This document shows, one piece after another, positions 20,102-31,952 of a stretch of DNA of 64,000 nucleotides. Numbering within the stretch: the stretch's first letter is position 1; each line of letters starts with the position of its first letter. The notes under the pieces are model-generated. The model was not told the origin of the DNA. It did not search any database and saw nothing but the letters and a program-made list of their open reading frames with translations. This DNA comes from Alphaproteobacteria bacterium (GTDB taxonomy: Bacteria > Pseudomonadota > Alphaproteobacteria > MPNO01 > UBA830). The translations under genes and the position numbers were made by a program. The stretch is from assembly GCA_965243135.1 (NCBI GenBank), contig OZ251539.1:5856001-5920000 (forward strand), read 5' to 3'.

Positions 20102-20364
20102 CGGCGACACTGCGCGAACTCTTCAAAGCGGTCGAGGACAGCGTGTGGCGGCGCTCTCGCCATGAGGTAGGATCTCCTTCTCGCCGTCGGGGCGCAGGCC
20201 GAGAGCCCCAGCACCGGAGGCATGAGGGTGCCGGTCCGGCGGCTGAGCGCCACGCCGTCGAACGACGGAGCCTTGTAGTCGTTGGCCGGCGGGCGGCGCG
20301 CCTCCACCGCGCTGTCCAGGATCTTGGCGGCCCGGCGGACGATGCCCTGCGCGCCGCCGGCTTG

Positions 20365-20937
20365 CTAATCCCGCAAAAACGGACGTATCGCTTCCTTGAA
20401 CTCGCGGCGGCGCTCGGCGCTGTGAAGCCAGTCGTAGTCGAACGGCGGCGTATCGTCCGCTTCGACCCTGAGCGTCGCGAACGCCGGCCCCGGTTCCGAC
20501 AGCAACCCGGGAAGATCCGCCCCGAAACGGTCGATATCTTCGTACGTCCGCGCGACCGGATATCCGGCCGCGAGCGCCATCCCGGCGAATTCGATCCTGC
20601 CGCGGCCGGGAATCGGGTGTCCGCCGTTGGCTTCGTAAGTTCCGTTCTCGACCGCGAAATGCACCAGATTGCGCGGCGCGGCTTCGGCGATCGTGACGAG
20701 GCTCGACAGATTCATGAGCAGGCTGCCGTCGCCGTCCAGAACGATGATCCTGTGGTTCGGCAGGCCCAGGGCCAGCCCGAGACCGTGCGAGGACGCTTGT
20801 CCCATGGCTCCGATCCCGACGAAATTCAGCGGATTGGGGTCTATGCGTTGCCATTCGAAGGCGGACGTATAAGTCGCCACCACAACCGCGTCGTCGCGAA
20901 GCGCGGCGATTTTCCGGAAGCATGCCGTTCGCCGCAT
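20365..20937 (-). CDS. TPP-dependent decarboxylase beta subunit (sulfopyruvate/phosphonopyruvate decarboxylase-like)
   Basis: GAMGQA and DGDGSLLMN…ENG TPP-binding motif. Confidence 0.85.
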   Translation of the reverse strand: MRRTACFRKIAALRDDAVVVATYTSAFEWQRIDPNPLNFVGIGAMGQASSHGLGLALGLPNHRIIVLDGDGSLLMNLSSLVTIAEAAPRNLVHFAVENGTYEANGGHPIPGRGRIEFAGMALAAGYPVARTYEDIDRFGADLPGLLSEPGPAFATLRVEADDTPPFDYDWLHSAERRREFKEAIRPFLRD

Positions 20938-21446
20938 CACGGGCGAACGCTCCTGCCGATCAGCGCCGCCAGCGGCCGGGACCGCGCGTAGGCGCGATCG
21001 ATCGCCGGCGCCAGCTGCGCGACGTCTTCCGATCCCTCGATCAACAAGCGGTCGATCTCCATCGCGTCCAGCACCGGCTCGACGATTCGCACGCCGTAAC
21101 TCGCGGATTCGCTCGGCGCGCGGTCGGGTTCCTTGCCGAGCAGGCCGACCAGCATGCAGACCGGTTGCCGGTACTGAACGGCGATGGCGCGGACGGCGTT
21201 GAGGGAATCCATCAGCCCCGTCTGTTGCATCAACAGCACGGCCCGCTTGTCGCAGAACGCGAGGGCGGCGCATATCGATACGCCTTCGTCCTCCTTGCAG
21301 AGGCGGACGAGGCGAATGTTTTCTTCCCTCGACAGCGGCCAGAGCAGTCCGGCGCTGGTCGTGATGTCCGGCAACGCCGCGACATGGGTGACGTTCGCCT
21401 GTTTCAGCGCCTCGATGATTTCCGCGCCGCGCGGTCCGGCGTTCAT
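20937..21446 (-). CDS. TPP-dependent decarboxylase alpha subunit (ComD-like)
   Basis: LPD, KEDEGVSICA and MQQTG motifs; coupled to the beta subunit. Confidence 0.8.
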   Translation of the reverse strand: MNAGPRGAEIIEALKQANVTHVAALPDITTSAGLLWPLSREENIRLVRLCKEDEGVSICAALAFCDKRAVLLMQQTGLMDSLNAVRAIAVQYRQPVCMLVGLLGKEPDRAPSESASYGVRIVEPVLDAMEIDRLLIEGSEDVAQLAPAIDRAYARSRPLAALIGRSVRP

Positions 21447-21452
21447 CGCGTC

Positions 21453-22247
21453 TCAGGCGGCGACATGCGGGAGAAAATCCTCCAGCGCGGCGTTGACGGC
21501 GGCCGGGTTCTCCAGATTCGAGATGTGTCCGGCGCCTTCGACGACAACGTGGCGGCAACCCGGAATGACGGCCGCGGCCTCCGCGAGGACGTCCGGCGGC
21601 GCGCCCTTGTCCCTGTCGCCGCCGAGAATCAGGGTCGGAATCCGGATGTCGCCGATGACCGCCCCGAAGGAAAGCCGCTTCAGCGCCTCGCAGCAGCCTT
21701 CGTGTCCGACCGGGTCGGTCCTCCGCAACATGCCGCGAACTTTGTTCAGGAACGCGGGAGCCGCTTGCCGCGTCTCCGGCGTGAACCAGCGCTCGATCGT
21801 CGGTTCCACGATTCCTTCCATTCCCTTTTTCCTGACCGTGTCGATGCGGTACTGGAAATAGTCGGCGTAGTCCGGCGGCGCGTCCGGCCGCGCGTCGCAG
21901 GCCACGAGCGACGACAGCCGGCCGCCGTGATGCCGGGCAAGGCCGTAGCCCAGCATGCCGCCGATGGAAAGCCCCACCCAGTGCGTTCTGGCGATGCCGA
22001 AATGGTCGAACAACGCGATGACGTCTTCCATCAGGTCGTCGAAGGAATAGGGGCCGGGCGGCGCGTCCGAGCCGCCGTGCCCGCGGTGGTCGAAGCGCAG
22101 GATCCGGAAACGGTCGGCGAACAGCGCCGCCTGTTCGTCCCAAAGATGCAGGTCGTTGCCCAGCGCATGGCTGAACGTGATCCACGGCGCGCCTTCGACG
22201 CCGTCGACCGCGCAGTTGACGGAGAATTTTCCGATATCGACCTTCAC
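21453..22247 (-). CDS. Alpha/beta hydrolase, 3-oxoadipate enol-lactonase (PcaD)-like
   Basis: DHRGHGGS, GLSIGG nucleophile elbow, GHISNLE. Confidence 0.82.
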   Translation of the reverse strand: MKVDIGKFSVNCAVDGVEGAPWITFSHALGNDLHLWDEQAALFADRFRILRFDHRGHGGSDAPPGPYSFDDLMEDVIALFDHFGIARTHWVGLSIGGMLGYGLARHHGGRLSSLVACDARPDAPPDYADYFQYRIDTVRKKGMEGIVEPTIERWFTPETRQAAPAFLNKVRGMLRRTDPVGHEGCCEALKRLSFGAVIGDIRIPTLILGGDRDKGAPPDVLAEAAAVIPGCRHVVVEGAGHISNLENPAAVNAALEDFLPHVAA

Positions 22248-22344
22248 GCGGCGCTGCCTCTCCTTATCGTCCCGCTTGCGGGAGCGCGGCGCCGAAGCCG
22301 CCGCCCGTTCCGCTGCGCCGGGGTCGCGCGCTGCGGGTCGGACT

Positions 22345-23049
22345 TCAGTTCTGGCTTCGGGTTTCCACCAGTTTCCAGTTGGGGTCCCGCGACCTGACGT
22401 CGCGGCGGAAGGTCCAGATGTCCGTGATTTCGTTCACGTGAGAGGGGTCGCCGTCCAGGATCCGGCCTTCGGAGTCGCGGGTCACGTTGATCTGCTCGGT
22501 CAGGAAGCTGACGGTGACGGCGGCGTCGCCGTCGACGAGATCCGCCTCGACGATTTGCGCGGACCTCGTTCCGATGATCGTCGTTTCCAGGACGTGTCCG
22601 TCCGCCTTGCGCTGCTCGATGGCGTCGCTGAAGTTTTCGTAAACGTCCTCCGACAGCAAGTCCCGCAGGGTGTCGGCGTCGCCTTCGGCGAACGCCTGCA
22701 CGATCACGTCGAACGCTCCGCGCGCGCCCGTCAGGAATTCGTCCGGATCGAAGGCGCGGTCGGCGTTCCTGATGTTCGCGATGCCTTGCGATATCGGATC
22801 GTCGGGATCCGCGTACTCGTCCTCGGCCTCCGCGTCCTCGGCCGCCGCGTCCTCGGCCTCCGCGTCCTCGGCCTCCGCGTCCCGGTCGGCGGGCGGAGGC
22901 TCGGGCGCGCGGTCGTCGGGCGGCGGCGCGATCGAACGCGGTCGCTGATGGCCCGTCCGTTTGCCGAGCGCGCTTCGCAGGCGCAGCACGAGAAACGCCG
23001 CGACCATGGCGAAGAGCACGATATCTAGGAACTGGAATCCGTCACTCAT
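22345..23049 (-). CDS. Tim44/TimA family protein
   Basis: LRLRSALGKRTG, FLTGARGAF and DIWTFRR…DPNWKL motifs; divergent from fxsA. Confidence 0.9.
   Translation of the reverse strand: MSDGFQFLDIVLFAMVAAFLVLRLRSALGKRTGHQRPRSIAPPPDDRAPEPPPADRDAEAEDAEAEDAAAEDAEAEDEYADPDDPISQGIANIRNADRAFDPDEFLTGARGAFDVIVQAFAEGDADTLRDLLSEDVYENFSDAIEQRKADGHVLETTIIGTRSAQIVEADLVDGDAAVTVSFLTEQINVTRDSEGRILDGDPSHVNEITDIWTFRRDVRSRDPNWKLVETRSQN
22818..22882. repeat. 4 x 15-bp tandem repeat (AEDAE) in the Tim44 linker
   Basis: CGTCCTCGGCCTCCG units. Confidence 0.85.
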
Positions 23050-23224
23050 GATCCAGCTTTCCGCACGCCTCCGCTACGTGGACCGGCGCCTCGCCGTTCG
23101 GGTGGACGCGCCCCTGGCTTGGCGGTATTCTGCCTCTGCGCGTCGCGTCGGCTTGGGGAGTTTCCTCCGGCCGGAGCGTGCAACGTTTCATTGCAATATA
23201 TGCCGACTGCGGAAAATCGCAAGC

Positions 23225-23632
23225 ATGAGATTTCTGGTCCTTGCGGCCTTCGTTGCCGTGCCGGTTGTCGAAATCGCCGCTTTCATCGGGATCGGCGGAC
23301 GGATCGGTCTGTGGCCGACGATCGGCCTGGTCGTCGTCACGGCCTTCGTCGGCTTGACGCTGCTGCGAATCCAGGGCCTTGCCGTCCTTCGACGGCTTCG
23401 GGTGAGCAGGGAACCCGCGGCCGAGTTGTTCGAAGGGTTGTGCCTTTTGATCGCGGCGGTTCTGCTTCTCGTTCCGGGCTTCGTCACCGATGCGGCTGGA
23501 TTTCTGTTGCTGGTTCCCCGGGTGCGCATGGCCCTCTCGCTCGTCTTCCGTCGCGCCCGCCGTGACGGCGGACCGGTGATCGAGGGCGAGTTCGAAGAAG
23601 TCAACGCGCCGGGCCGCCGGCGAGGCGGTTAG
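23225..23632 (+). CDS. fxsA: FxsA family membrane protein
   Basis: PVVEIA, LLLVPGFVTD and VIEGEF motifs. Confidence 0.88.
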   Translation: MRFLVLAAFVAVPVVEIAAFIGIGGRIGLWPTIGLVVVTAFVGLTLLRIQGLAVLRRLRVSREPAAELFEGLCLLIAAVLLLVPGFVTDAAGFLLLVPRVRMALSLVFRRARRDGGPVIEGEFEEVNAPGRRRGG

Positions 23633-23639
23633 GCCGCCG

Positions 23640-24083
23640 TCATCCCTGCCGGTCGTTTGCGATGCTTTGCAGGCAGCGCTCGCTGTCGACCTCGCGTCCG
23701 CCGGCCTCCCGGATTTCGAGATGCTTCAAGACGTGATGGCGTCCGCTCGGATAGAAGTACAGCTCCAGAATGCAGCTTTCGCTTCGATAGCGGCGGAACT
23801 CGGCAGGCGGATCCCAGCGCAGGAAGGCCGGCGGACCGAAAAGCGCTTCGATCTGCCCGCGGGTCATGCCGACGGCGAGCTTCGGCGCGGCCGGCAGCGA
23901 CGCGACGCGGCGCTCGGGCTCGTCCCGAACGGGCGCCTCCCGGTCCGCGGAAGGCGCGGCCGCGCGTTCCGGAGGCGCGGGGACGCTCTCGGGAGGCGCG
24001 GGAACGTGTCCGGAACCGCACGCGGCCAGGCCCAGGGACAGCGCGACCGGCCAAAGCGCCTTCGCGCAGGGTCGCGGGTTCAG
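23640..24083 (-). CDS. Putative lipoprotein
   Basis: Lipobox LAAC, Pro-rich linker, LFGPP…RYRSESCILELYFY domain; start uncertain. Confidence 0.6.
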   Translation of the reverse strand: MNPRPCAKALWPVALSLGLAACGSGHVPAPPESVPAPPERAAAPSADREAPVRDEPERRVASLPAAPKLAVGMTRGQIEALFGPPAFLRWDPPAEFRRYRSESCILELYFYPSGRHHVLKHLEIREAGGREVDSERCLQSIANDRQG

Positions 24084-24547
24084 TCGCCGCCTCCGGCCGA
24101 CTGGGGAGCGATGTCGCCGGTGATCTGGCCGCCCCGTTCGACCTCCAGCCGGCCGAATCTGATCGTGCCCTTGATTCGGCCGCTCGACCTTACGACAAGG
24201 ATGTCGTGGGCCGTCAGCGAGCCCTCGTAGTTGCCGCTGATGTCGGCGGTTTTGATCTCCGCTTCGCCCTTGAACGTCCCCGACGCGGCGACCTCGATCT
24301 CGCTGCAATCCTTCAGGTTGGCCTCCACCCGGCCTTCGACGATCACCTTGTCGCAGGATCCGATATTGCCCGTCAGTTCGATTCCCCGCCCGACGATCAG
24401 CTTTCTCGCGTCCATGTCGCCGGCCGGTTTCGCGGCCGAATGGATTTCCGGGCGCACGACTTCCAGCGGCCTTGGCGGAATCACCGGCGCGGCGACGCCG
24501 GTCGCCGGTGGATCCTGAGTTTCCGGTTTCTTGGTTTCTTCCGCCAT
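24080..24547 (-). CDS. Bactofilin (polymer-forming cytoskeletal protein)
   Basis: LIVGRGIELTGNI…IVEGRVE…G beta-helix repeats; RBS before MAEETKK. Confidence 0.85.
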   Translation of the reverse strand: MAEETKKPETQDPPATGVAAPVIPPRPLEVVRPEIHSAAKPAGDMDARKLIVGRGIELTGNIGSCDKVIVEGRVEANLKDCSEIEVAASGTFKGEAEIKTADISGNYEGSLTAHDILVVRSSGRIKGTIRFGRLEVERGGQITGDIAPQSAGGGD

Positions 24548-24585
24548 GTCTCTCTTCTCCGTTGCGGCCGCGCCGGCCGAATTCG

Positions 24586-25263
24586 TCACCGAGTTCGAAG
24601 ATCCTCGAATACGTGGACCATGTACGCCACCGCGACGACGGGCATCAGCCAGTTCAGAACGGGAACCGCCATCAGCGCCGCGATCGCCAGGCCGCACAGG
24701 AACAGCCTGCCCCTGTTGCGCCGCCGCAGCGCCCTGCCCGGAGCCGGACCAAGCCGTCGCACGGCCGCGAATTCGAAATACTCGCGACCCAGAAGATAAC
24801 CGTTCAGGGCGAAAAATACAAAGGGAATGAACGGCGCCAGCGCGACGGTCGCCAGCATTATCGGCGCGACCGTCGCGAAGCACAGCAGATTGAGCGCGAC
24901 GGCCGTTCCCGCGAACCTGAGCGCCGCGATCGGCGCCTCCCGGACCGGCTGCTCCCGGGGAGGCGGAAGCCCCGGATAATGGCGCGCCTCGACCGCCCGC
25001 GCGACGTCCTCCAGCATGAAGGAGACCGCTATTCCCGCGAGTCCGGGAAACAGGACGAGACCGAGCGCGAACGCGGCGCCGACGCCGAGCAGCCGGATCG
25101 ACCAGTCCACCCAGCCGACGCCGGACAGCCCGTCGAGCGCCCGGACCGCCGCCAGCGCGAGGACGGCGAAGATCGCGGCGGCGATCAAGGCCGCGCGCAG
25201 CGCGACTCCGCGGATTCTCCGGTCGCCGAGCTGCGCCGCGGCGAGATAAAGGCCTCGAAGCAA
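24586..25263 (-). CDS. EI24/CysZ-like membrane protein
   Basis: VARAVEARHYP, NGYLLGREYFE and VPVLN motifs; start uncertain. Confidence 0.8.
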   Translation of the reverse strand: MLRGLYLAAAQLGDRRIRGVALRAALIAAAIFAVLALAAVRALDGLSGVGWVDWSIRLLGVGAAFALGLVLFPGLAGIAVSFMLEDVARAVEARHYPGLPPPREQPVREAPIAALRFAGTAVALNLLCFATVAPIMLATVALAPFIPFVFFALNGYLLGREYFEFAAVRRLGPAPGRALRRRNRGRLFLCGLAIAALMAVPVLNWLMPVVAVAYMVHVFEDLRTR

Positions 25264-25387
25264 GCCGATCGCTCCCGATCCAGGGCGTCCTTGATAGTCG
25301 GCTTGCCGGCGCTCGCCAATCCTCCGCGTTGCGGCGAAACGGAGCCCGCCTATACTGCGCGCCTCCACCATGTCGCGGGAAGCGAAC

Positions 25388-26391
25388 ATGTCCGACGCGC
25401 CGTTGGATGTTCTGGGCGTAGGCAACGCCATTGTCGACGTCATTGCGAAGGCCGACCTTTCCGATATCGGGCGTCTTGGCCTGACCAAGGGCGCCATGAC
25501 CCTGATCGAAGCGGCCGACGCGAATCGCCTTTACCCCGAAATGGGCGCGCCGATCGAGACCTCCGGCGGCTCGGCCGCCAACACTCTGGCCGCGCTCGCT
25601 TCTCTCGGCGGACGCGGCGCATTTATCGGAAAGGTGCGCGACGACCGATTCGGCGACGTCTTCCGGAACGACATGGCTTCGATCGGCGTCGACTACCGGC
25701 TGCCGGCCGCGATCCAGGGCCCGCCGACCGCGCGCTGCCTCGTCTTCGTGACCCCCGACGCCGACCGCACCATGCAGACGTTTCTCGGCGCAAGCGTTCT
25801 GCTCGGGCCCGACGACATCGATCCGGAAGCGGTCGGCAACGCGCTGATTACCTATCTGGAAGGCTACCTTTTCGATCGCGAGCCGGCCAAGGAGGCGTTC
25901 GTCAAGGCCGCCGAAATCGCCCACGCCGCGGGACGGAAGGTGGCTCTGACGCTTTCCGATCCGTTCTGCGTCGACCGTCACAGAGCCGCGTTCCGGCATC
26001 TGGTCGAAGGCCATGTCGACATCCTGTTCGCCAACCGCGACGAGATCGTCTCGCTCTACCAAAGCGACGGTTTCGAGCGGGCGGTCGATTCGGTCGCCGG
26101 CCGCGTCGAGACCGCGGCGATCACCCGCGGCGCGGAGGGATCGATAATCGTCTCCCGCGGCGAGAGGATCGAGATCGCCGCGGCGCCGGCCGGCGAAGTC
26201 GTCGACACCACCGGCGCCGGGGATCTTTACGCGGCGGGCGTCCTCTACGGCATGACCAGGGGCTACGAACTCGAGACCGCCGGTCGAATCGGCGCGATCT
26301 GCGCCGCCGAGATAATCGGGCGGTACGGCGCCCGGCCGGCCGAGCCGTTGTCCGGGATCGTCGAGGCCGCGATCGGCCCGGGCGGAGGTTC

Positions 26392-26395
<4 letters not shown>
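25388..26395 (+). CDS. PfkB family kinase (adenosine kinase-like)
   Basis: GNAIVD, GGSAANT and DTTGAGD motifs. Confidence 0.9.
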
Positions 26396-28206
<1,811 letters not shown>

Positions 28207-28394
28207 GACGGCATTCGCCGAATTGTCTGTCACGGGGCCGGAAGCCGTCAGGCGGGCGGCCTTCTCCGACGGCATGCGCCTGCACCGTATATCGATATTC
28301 GTCAATCTGCCGATGGAGGGCCTCGACCGGCTCAGCCTGCAGAAGCGGCTGGACGAAATCGGCGGGACCGCGACGCGGCGGCCTCGGCGGACGC

Positions 28395-28703
28395 TCACCG
28401 GGCCCTGTATTCGATCTCCAGCACCCGCACTTCCTGATCGGACGTGTTGACGGCGTTGTGCTCGACGGGCGCGGACCACGCGAGCGTCCGGCCGTCTTCG
28501 TAGTCGACGCGGGTTTCGCTGCCGTCCGCGCCCATCAGCGACAGGTGTCCGCCGGACTGCTGGACGGTGACGTAATCGAGCTCGTGCCGGTGCCAGCCCG
28601 TCTGATCCCCCGGCGCGAAGACCCACCGGGTGATTCGCGTGAATTCGTTGTCGAGGAGCAGCGTTCGTCTGGCCGTGCCTCGCTTTCCTGCGCTTTCCGA
28701 CAT
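28395..28703 (-). CDS. Cupin domain protein
   Basis: TGWHRHELDY…VEHNAVN…LEIE motif. Confidence 0.8.
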   Translation of the reverse strand: MSESAGKRGTARRTLLLDNEFTRITRWVFAPGDQTGWHRHELDYVTVQQSGGHLSLMGADGSETRVDYEDGRTLAWSAPVEHNAVNTSDQEVRVLEIEYRAR

Positions 28704-28772
28704 TCGCGTCTTTCCCTGGCCGCGCCGAAGCGCGGCGTTCGCCGCCTTGGGCCGTTTCCGGCTTCGCGGCGT

Positions 28773-29010
28773 TCAGGCTTCCACAATGACTTCGAAGCCT
28801 CCGTGAATCAATCGTCGTCCGTCGAACGGCGTCGGGTCCACGGCCGGGTCGGCCATGGCTCTTTTCATGCCTTCGTCCCTGACCGTCCTGGACGGCCAGG
28901 CGATCCAGGAAAAGACCGCCGATTCGTCGTCCTTGCGCATCGCGGCGGTGCGCATGGAGTTCGTCTCGCCGTCCGGCGCGTCCCCGTTCCGTCTTCGCCC
29001 GTCGGGGGCC
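28773..29010 (-). pseudogene. DUF1428 (YbaA-like) protein, N-terminus degraded
   Basis: VFSWIAWPSR…PFDGRRLIHGGFEVIV C-terminal half only. Confidence 0.65.
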
Positions 29011-29219
29011 ATCGTAACGGAGACGCGCGGGCGCGCGCCGCGGCGTTCGATTCTCCGGAAGCGCCGTCCGCCCGCGCGAACGACGACGTTCGGGAAGCGC
29101 GCCGGGCGGGGGTCGCCTTGCGGGGATTCGCCGCGACCCCTTATATTCCGCCGCGTCCCTTTCAGGAATCCGCGCGCCCGGATCGAAAGGGTCGAGGGCG
29201 CGAACGGTCGGGGTCGGGC

Positions 29220-30503
29220 ATGCCGGAAACCAGAAACTGGGCGGCTTATCTTCGCGATTCCCGTTTCCGCGCGATTTTCCTTCTGGGCGTGGCCAGCGGC
29301 CTTCCCTCGTCGCTCGTCTTCTCGACCCTGTCCATCTGGCTGCGCGAAGCGGGGGTGTCGCGCACCTCCATCGGGCTGATCGGCGCGGTCGTTACCCCCT
29401 ACGCGATAAATTTTCTGTGGGCGCCGCTGGTCGACCGGCTCCGCCTTCCCTTGCTGCACGGACGGCTCGGCCAGCGGCGATCGTGGCTCCTGCTTTGCCA
29501 GATGATCCTCGCCCCGGCGGTCGCGATCATGGGCATGCAGGATCCGGCCTCCGCGGCGGCGGTACTGGCGGTTTGCGCCTTGCTCGTTTCCATCGCGTCG
29601 GCGACGCAGGATGTCGCCATAGACGCTTACCGGATCGAGATCCTCGAACCCGACGAATACGGCGCCGGTGCCGCGGTCGCGATCTACGGTTGGTACGCCG
29701 GCGCGTTCGTCACGGGCGCCGGCGCGCTTTACGCGGCTGCGGCGGGGGGATGGGCCGCGGCTTACGGCGCCGCCGCGCTCGTCATCGCGGGCGTCGCGAC
29801 GGCGACCCTGTTCGCGCGCGAACCCGAACGCCCGCCCGAACGCCGCGCTCCTTCGGAGAGCGCGGTCGACTGGCTGCGGCGCGCGGCGGTCGCGCCGTTG
29901 ATCGAATTCTTCTCGCGTCTCGGATGGACGGCCGCGCTGGTTCTCGCCGTCATCGTCTTCTACAAGTTCGGCGACGCCATGCTGGGCCGGATGTCGGGCG
30001 TGTTCTACGTCGACCTGGGGTTTTCGAAGGTCGAAATCGCGAATTACACCAAGACGGTCGGCCTCGTCGCGACGTTGCTCGGCGTCGGCGCCGGCGGCTG
30101 GGCGTGCGTTCGCGTCGGCGTCCTGCGCGCGATGTTTCTCGGCGCTCTCCTGATGCTGATCACCAATCTCGCCTTCGCGCTGCTGGCCGCCGGGGGTCCG
30201 GACTACGGGCTTCTCGCGACGGTGGTGTTTTTCGACAATCTGACCGGCGGCATGGCGACGACGGCGTTCGTCGCCTATCTGTCCGGCCTCTGCAACGTCG
30301 CCTTCACCGCGACGCAATACGCGCTGCTGGCGTCCCTGGGCAATTTCGCGCGCATCCAGCTCGGCTCGGTTTCGGGATGGGCGGTGGACGCCACGGGGGG
30401 CGACTGGGCGCTGTTCTTCGTCGCCGTCGCCGCGGTTTCGCTGCCGGCGATCGGGCTGCTGGCGCTGCTGGCGCGGCGCATGCGGGGAGCGGGCGGCGGC
30501 TAG
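29220..30503 (+). CDS. ampG: AmpG family muropeptide MFS transporter
   Basis: LGVASGLP, FLWAPLVD, SATQDVAIDAYRIE and FTATQYALL motifs. Confidence 0.9.
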   Translation: MPETRNWAAYLRDSRFRAIFLLGVASGLPSSLVFSTLSIWLREAGVSRTSIGLIGAVVTPYAINFLWAPLVDRLRLPLLHGRLGQRRSWLLLCQMILAPAVAIMGMQDPASAAAVLAVCALLVSIASATQDVAIDAYRIEILEPDEYGAGAAVAIYGWYAGAFVTGAGALYAAAAGGWAAAYGAAALVIAGVATATLFAREPERPPERRAPSESAVDWLRRAAVAPLIEFFSRLGWTAALVLAVIVFYKFGDAMLGRMSGVFYVDLGFSKVEIANYTKTVGLVATLLGVGAGGWACVRVGVLRAMFLGALLMLITNLAFALLAAGGPDYGLLATVVFFDNLTGGMATTAFVAYLSGLCNVAFTATQYALLASLGNFARIQLGSVSGWAVDATGGDWALFFVAVAAVSLPAIGLLALLARRMRGAGGG

Positions 30504-31196
30504 TCAGGGAGCCTTGGCGTCGAGCGCGTAGCCGGCCGAGCGCACCGTGCGGATGACGTCCCGGCCGGAGTTCTCGTTGAGCGCCTTGCGCAGGCGGCGA
30601 ATGTGGACGTCGACGGTCCGCGCGTCGATGAATATCCCGTGGCCCCAGACCGAGTCGATCAGCTGGTTGCGGGAAAAGACCCGGCCCGGATGCTCCATGA
30701 AATGGCGCAGAAGGCGGAACTCGGTGGGTCCGAGGGAGACGGAACGGCCGCCGCGCAGCACCTTGTATTCGAGCAGGTTCATTTCGATGTCGCCGTAGGT
30801 CAGCCGCTCTTCCGCGAGCGCCGGACGGGCGCGGCGCAGCACCGCCCGGATGCGCGCGGCGAGTTCCTCGGGAGCGAAAGGCTTCGTCACGTAATCGTCG
30901 GCGCCGGTGTCGAGGCCGCGGATCCGGTCCGCGCCTTCGCCGCGCGCCGTGATCATGATGATCGGCAACTTGCGGGTTTCGGGCTTGCGCCGGAGCTGGC
31001 GGCATATCTCGATCCCGGACAGCCCGGGCAGCATCCAGTCCAGAAGCAGCAGGTCGACCGGCCTCTTCTCCAGGATCGTCAAGGCCTCCTCGCCGTTCGA
31101 CGCGGAGACCACCTCGAAGTCCCGGCGCTCCAGGTTGTAGCGGAGGAGTTCGACGAGCGCCGTTTCGTCCTCGACGATCAGGACGACGGGTTTCAT
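30504..31196 (-). CDS. phoB: Phosphate regulon response regulator
   Basis: LLDWMLP, GADDY, LGPTEFRLL and RTVDVHIRRLR motifs; pst context. Confidence 0.95.
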   Translation of the reverse strand: MKPVVLIVEDETALVELLRYNLERRDFEVVSASNGEEALTILEKRPVDLLLLDWMLPGLSGIEICRQLRRKPETRKLPIIMITARGEGADRIRGLDTGADDYVTKPFAPEELAARIRAVLRRARPALAEERLTYGDIEMNLLEYKVLRGGRSVSLGPTEFRLLRHFMEHPGRVFSRNQLIDSVWGHGIFIDARTVDVHIRRLRKALNENSGRDVIRTVRSAGYALDAKAP

Positions 31197-31936
31197 GCGT
31201 CCTCCCCGCGCGCCGGGAGCGAAAGGTTCATGCCCTCGGGCCCCGCGCCCTTGGGCCGGGTCTCGCGCATGCGCTCGCCGTGAACGAGGAAATAGATCGT
31301 TTCCGCGACGTTCGTGACGTGGTCGCCGATGCGTTCGATGTTCTTGGCGATGAACAGCAGATGGGTGCAAAGCGAAATGCTGCGCGGGTCCTCCATCATG
31401 TAGGTCAGCGCTTCCCGGAAGAGGCTGGTGTAGACGTTGTCGAGCGTCTCGTCCGCGTGCCAGACGTCGAGCGCCTTGTCGACGTCGCGCGCGATGTAGG
31501 CGTCGAGCACTTCCTTGATCATCTGCTGCGCCATCCGGCTCATGCGCGGGATCGAATGGACGGGCGGCACCGGCGCCGCGCCCGCGAGCGTCACGGACCG
31601 TTTGGCGATGTTCGCCGCGTAGTCGCCGATGCGCTCCAGGTCGGAGGAAATCTTCAGCGCGGCGACGATGTGCCGCAGATCCTGCGCCATGGGCTGGCGC
31701 AGCGCCAGAAGCCGCATCGCGTGGGTGTCGATCGTGTAGTTGATGTCGTCGACGAGGTCGTCGTCGGCGATCACTCTCGAAGCGAGGTCGGGGTCGCGCC
31801 GGACGACCGCTTCGACCGCGCGCGCGATCTGGGCCTCGGTCAGCCCGCCCATCTTGATGATGTCGTTGTTGAGCTGCTCGAGTTCCTGATCGTAGGATTT
31901 GACGATGTGGTCGCCCGCCTGGTTGTTGCCCGTCAT
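31193..31936 (-). CDS. phoU: Phosphate signalling complex protein
   Basis: RQPMAQDLR and two ERIGD motifs. Confidence 0.95.
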   Translation of the reverse strand: MTGNNQAGDHIVKSYDQELEQLNNDIIKMGGLTEAQIARAVEAVVRRDPDLASRVIADDDLVDDINYTIDTHAMRLLALRQPMAQDLRHIVAALKISSDLERIGDYAANIAKRSVTLAGAAPVPPVHSIPRMSRMAQQMIKEVLDAYIARDVDKALDVWHADETLDNVYTSLFREALTYMMEDPRSISLCTHLLFIAKNIERIGDHVTNVAETIYFLVHGERMRETRPKGAGPEGMNLSLPARGEDA

Positions 31937-31952
31937 GATCTCGTTCCGCTTG

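Noticed and set aside
29109-29140. GGGGTCGC…GCGACCCC hairpin upstream of ampG as a riboswitch or ncRNA
   Set aside because: A single 8-bp GC stem is expected by chance at this GC content; no other support.
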